This document shows, one piece after another, positions 61,481 to 64,000 of a DNA stretch of 64,000 nucleotides. The notes beneath the pieces are model-generated. The model was not told where the DNA came from. It worked only from the letters and a program-made list of their open reading frames with translations, and did not search any database. Location: positions 124,001 to 188,000 of the forward strand of contig OX597821.1 of NCBI GenBank assembly GCA_951406725.2, written 5' to 3'. The position numbers were made by a program, and so were the translations under genes. This stretch comes from Octopus vulgaris (lineage: Eukaryota). Position 1 is the first letter of the stretch. The number at the start of each line of letters is the position of its first letter.

Positions 61481-61760
61481 AACATTGTCATACTAATAAG
61501 TTACCTAGGTACAAACAGATAAACATTCAATGGAAATTGTAGCTCGGTTATAATTTTTTTAAAGCTGTTCAATAAGTCAGAATTGGATTTCAAACCTAGA
61601 ATTTCTCTGAGATAACTTTGCCATTGTAGTCACTAATTTATATTAAAATTTCTTCCAACACCAGTTCGCTTTATTGCACTTCCCTTTTCCTTAACTACAC
61701 GGTTTTAATCTATCTGGTTGTTTGTCCATCTCTTTATTTACTGGTTTATTTTTGTACTCT

Positions 61761-62313
61761 TGTAGTGACGCTATACAACAGCGCGCGCGCAACGCCCTTT
61801 TCTGATTCGCGCGTGTTTTCATCACCAAGAGGGAATATTGCTATCGTGGAATTAGCTGATTGGCTAGGAAAAGCGACCCTTAGAAAAGAGGCAAGGGAAC
61901 GCAAAAACCTTGACCATCAGCGTCCAGCAGAGAGACAGCAGAAGGCCTTTGATACCAGCAGACGTATATTTCCCTCTGTCCGAATTTGATAGCAGTCGGC
62001 TGAAGACTTTAACCAAAATTGTTGCAGACAACATCGTCTTCATTATTCCGCGGCCATCTTTAACCCGTTCTGTTTTTAGCGGCTGAACATTGTAACCTTA
62101 CAAGAGATTAACTTTCAGCCTTGCGCGCCCAGAACCAAGGATATCAGATATACCACTGATTTCTCACCAGTATAAACAATAAAGTATATCGATTTTTTAC
62201 GTCTGCGTTTTGTGTTTCTTTGACTGGTAGAATCTGGATTATTAAAGCAACGGAAAGTGATTGCTTCTCGCACCCCCAAAAGGTCCAGAGAAGATATTCA
62301 CATTTTCATTACA
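61761..62313 (+). repeat. 5' LTR (553 bp) of a Gypsy element
   Basis: TGTAGTGA...TCATTACA inverted termini; AATAAA at 62178; followed by a PBS. Confidence 0.88.
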
Positions 62314-62314
62314 G

Positions 62315-62324
62315 TGGTGACCCC
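62315..62324 (+). promoter_or_regulatory. Primer-binding site complementary to the tRNA-Trp 3' end
   Basis: TGGTGACCCC one base after the LTR's terminal CA. Confidence 0.8.
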
Positions 62325-62769
62325 TGAAGTTCCAGAGAACACTCAACAAAAAAGAAAAAAATCCAGTTTTTTCTGCCAAGTCTGAAACACGACCAACCTG
62401 TTTTCCAGTCACTTTCAACAGTTTGTTTCTTCATCTGCACTCACGCACGGAAAGAAGAAAAAAAAAAAAGAAGAGAGGAAATTTTTTTTCTCGATTAAAA
62501 CGCGACAAAGGTTGGTAAAACAAAAAAGAAAAGAATTTTTTCTATTCTCTGTGCACACAGTACAAACAAAAAAAAAACAAAAGAAAAAACATTTTTTTTT
62601 GTAAATTGCACATTCAAAATTTATTGGTTCAATTGTTGGTTTTTCTTTCTTTCTTTCTTCCTTTTCTTTTTCCCTTTGTTTTTCCTTGTTGCGTCTGTTC
62701 AGCGTTGATTCGTTGTCAGTTTTCTTTTTTCCATTTGACAGAGTCATCTAGTGAATAAAAGGCTACAAA

Positions 62770-63485
62770 ATGTTTATGGGTTCATTACCTACTTTTACAG
62801 GTGATGCCACACTGTGGTTTTCACAGTTAGAGGCACAATTTCGTGCACAAAGTATTACTCCCGAGCAGCAGTTGCAAATCCTTTATGGTTGCATGCCGCC
62901 TCAACTGGCATCTACAGCAAGAGACCTTATCACAGACCCTAGTCCAGGCGCTACTTATGCGTCTGTTAAATTAGAGGTAGAGAAAAGAAATACACGAAGC
63001 GAGGAAAGTCGTTTCAACGAATTAATGGCAGATGAGGAACTCGGAGACAGGACTCCGTCAGAATTTTTACAAAGACTGAGGGAGTTAAGTGGTAATGCAT
63101 CAGACGGAAGATTTTTTTTTCGAGGTTGCCCGCCTATATACAGACCGTTTTGGCAACCGGCTTAGAGACAAATACAGTGGACCAAATAGCAACGATGGCT
63201 GATAAGATGGTTGAATTTGCCATTCAACCATCGTCACGCTCTGCTTGTGCCTGTTCACAAACTTCTTCAGCCTCAATTGAGGGGCTTTCTAAACTAATAG
63301 AAACCCTCACTAAAAGGATGGACGCGATGTGTCGCGATGGTAAGCGATCTTCAAAATCGCGGAGTCGCAGTCGTTCATCCTCGAGATCAACACAGTCTAA
63401 GTCTGGACTGTGTTGGTACCACTCCAAGTATGGAGAGAATGCACATAGGTGCACACAGCCATGCACTTATAAGTCTTTAAACTAG
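62770..63485 (+). pseudogene. gag: gag of a CsRn1-like Gypsy element, one frameshift near 63105
   Basis: LWFSQLEAQF, LGDRTPSEFL, FSRLP, SR-rich tract, CWYH-x9-C-x3-C (CHCC) motif. Confidence 0.88.
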
Positions 63486-64000
63486 ATTCGGAGAATTTGA
63501 GCACGTCAACTTCCTCCACAGCATTTTCTAGTTATCGTGCATTCTTTGTTAAGGATCTAGTGTCGAAGAAAAACTTCATGGTGGACACTGGTTCTTGTTG
63601 CAGTATTTGGCCACTGCGTTGCACAACCGACAGGCCAAAACGATCTAACGTCATCTTGCACGCTATTGACTCGTCACCAATAGCCACATTCGGTCAGATC
63701 TCGTTACGCCTTGATATTAATCTTCGACGAGACTTTCAATGGGTTTTTGTCATTGCCGACATTCCGCATCCTATTTTAGGTGCGGATTTTCTGGATAAAT
63801 TTGATTTGTTGGTAGATGTCAGACGTCGGAGGTTGGTCGATAGTTCGACTACACTCTCCACGCCGACCGGAGAATCTACCAATTTAGCTCTTAGCCCGAC
63901 ATTTTTTGTCGGTACATCTGGAGATGTTTTTCACTCTCTTTTAGCTTCTTTTCCAGAGCTATATGATGTTACCTTTAGGGTGGCTAAGCCATTGCATTCG
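63476..64000 (+). CDS. pol: pol N-terminus (aspartic protease), open to the window end
   Basis: The -1 frame relative to gag reads FKLDSE..FMVDTGS..ILGADFL; slippery heptamer TTTAAAC at 63476-63482. Confidence 0.88.

Overview
AT-rich, repeat-saturated metazoan DNA with the hallmarks of a coleoid cephalopod genome, most likely Octopus (inferred from KRAB-less tandem C2H2 zinc-finger genes, RTE LINEs with (GAT)n tails, and tRNA-derived SINEs). Two intact C2H2-ZNF ORFs face away from each other: 12 fingers at 15934-17094 (-) and 22 fingers at 58455-60425 (+). A collapsed ZNF paralogue sits at about 61.2 kb. The rest is mostly mobile DNA: about 11 RTE LINE copies or fragments (one near full length), two coding Penelope-like elements (RT + GIY-YIG), Tigger/pogo, Tc1/mariner and hAT-Buster remnants, non-autonomous Helitrons, MITEs, SINEs, and the 5' part of a CsRn1-type Gypsy LTR element. 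The most interesting unannotated signal is a set of about 13 type I hammerhead-ribozyme-like motifs in about 9 different short, mostly (TA)n-flanked non-coding contexts. These include a tandem 469-bp unit with a complete hammerhead at each boundary (retrozyme-like, predicting a 469-nt self-excised RNA) and two motifs carrying the compensatory U3-A8 core. Also notable: a C4HC3 PHD-type finger embedded inside the RT of the RTE family, a variable 62-bp array in the RTE 3' UTR, and a near-identical inverted copy of a local Tigger segment. All calls were made by eye; coordinates of degenerate repeats are approximate.
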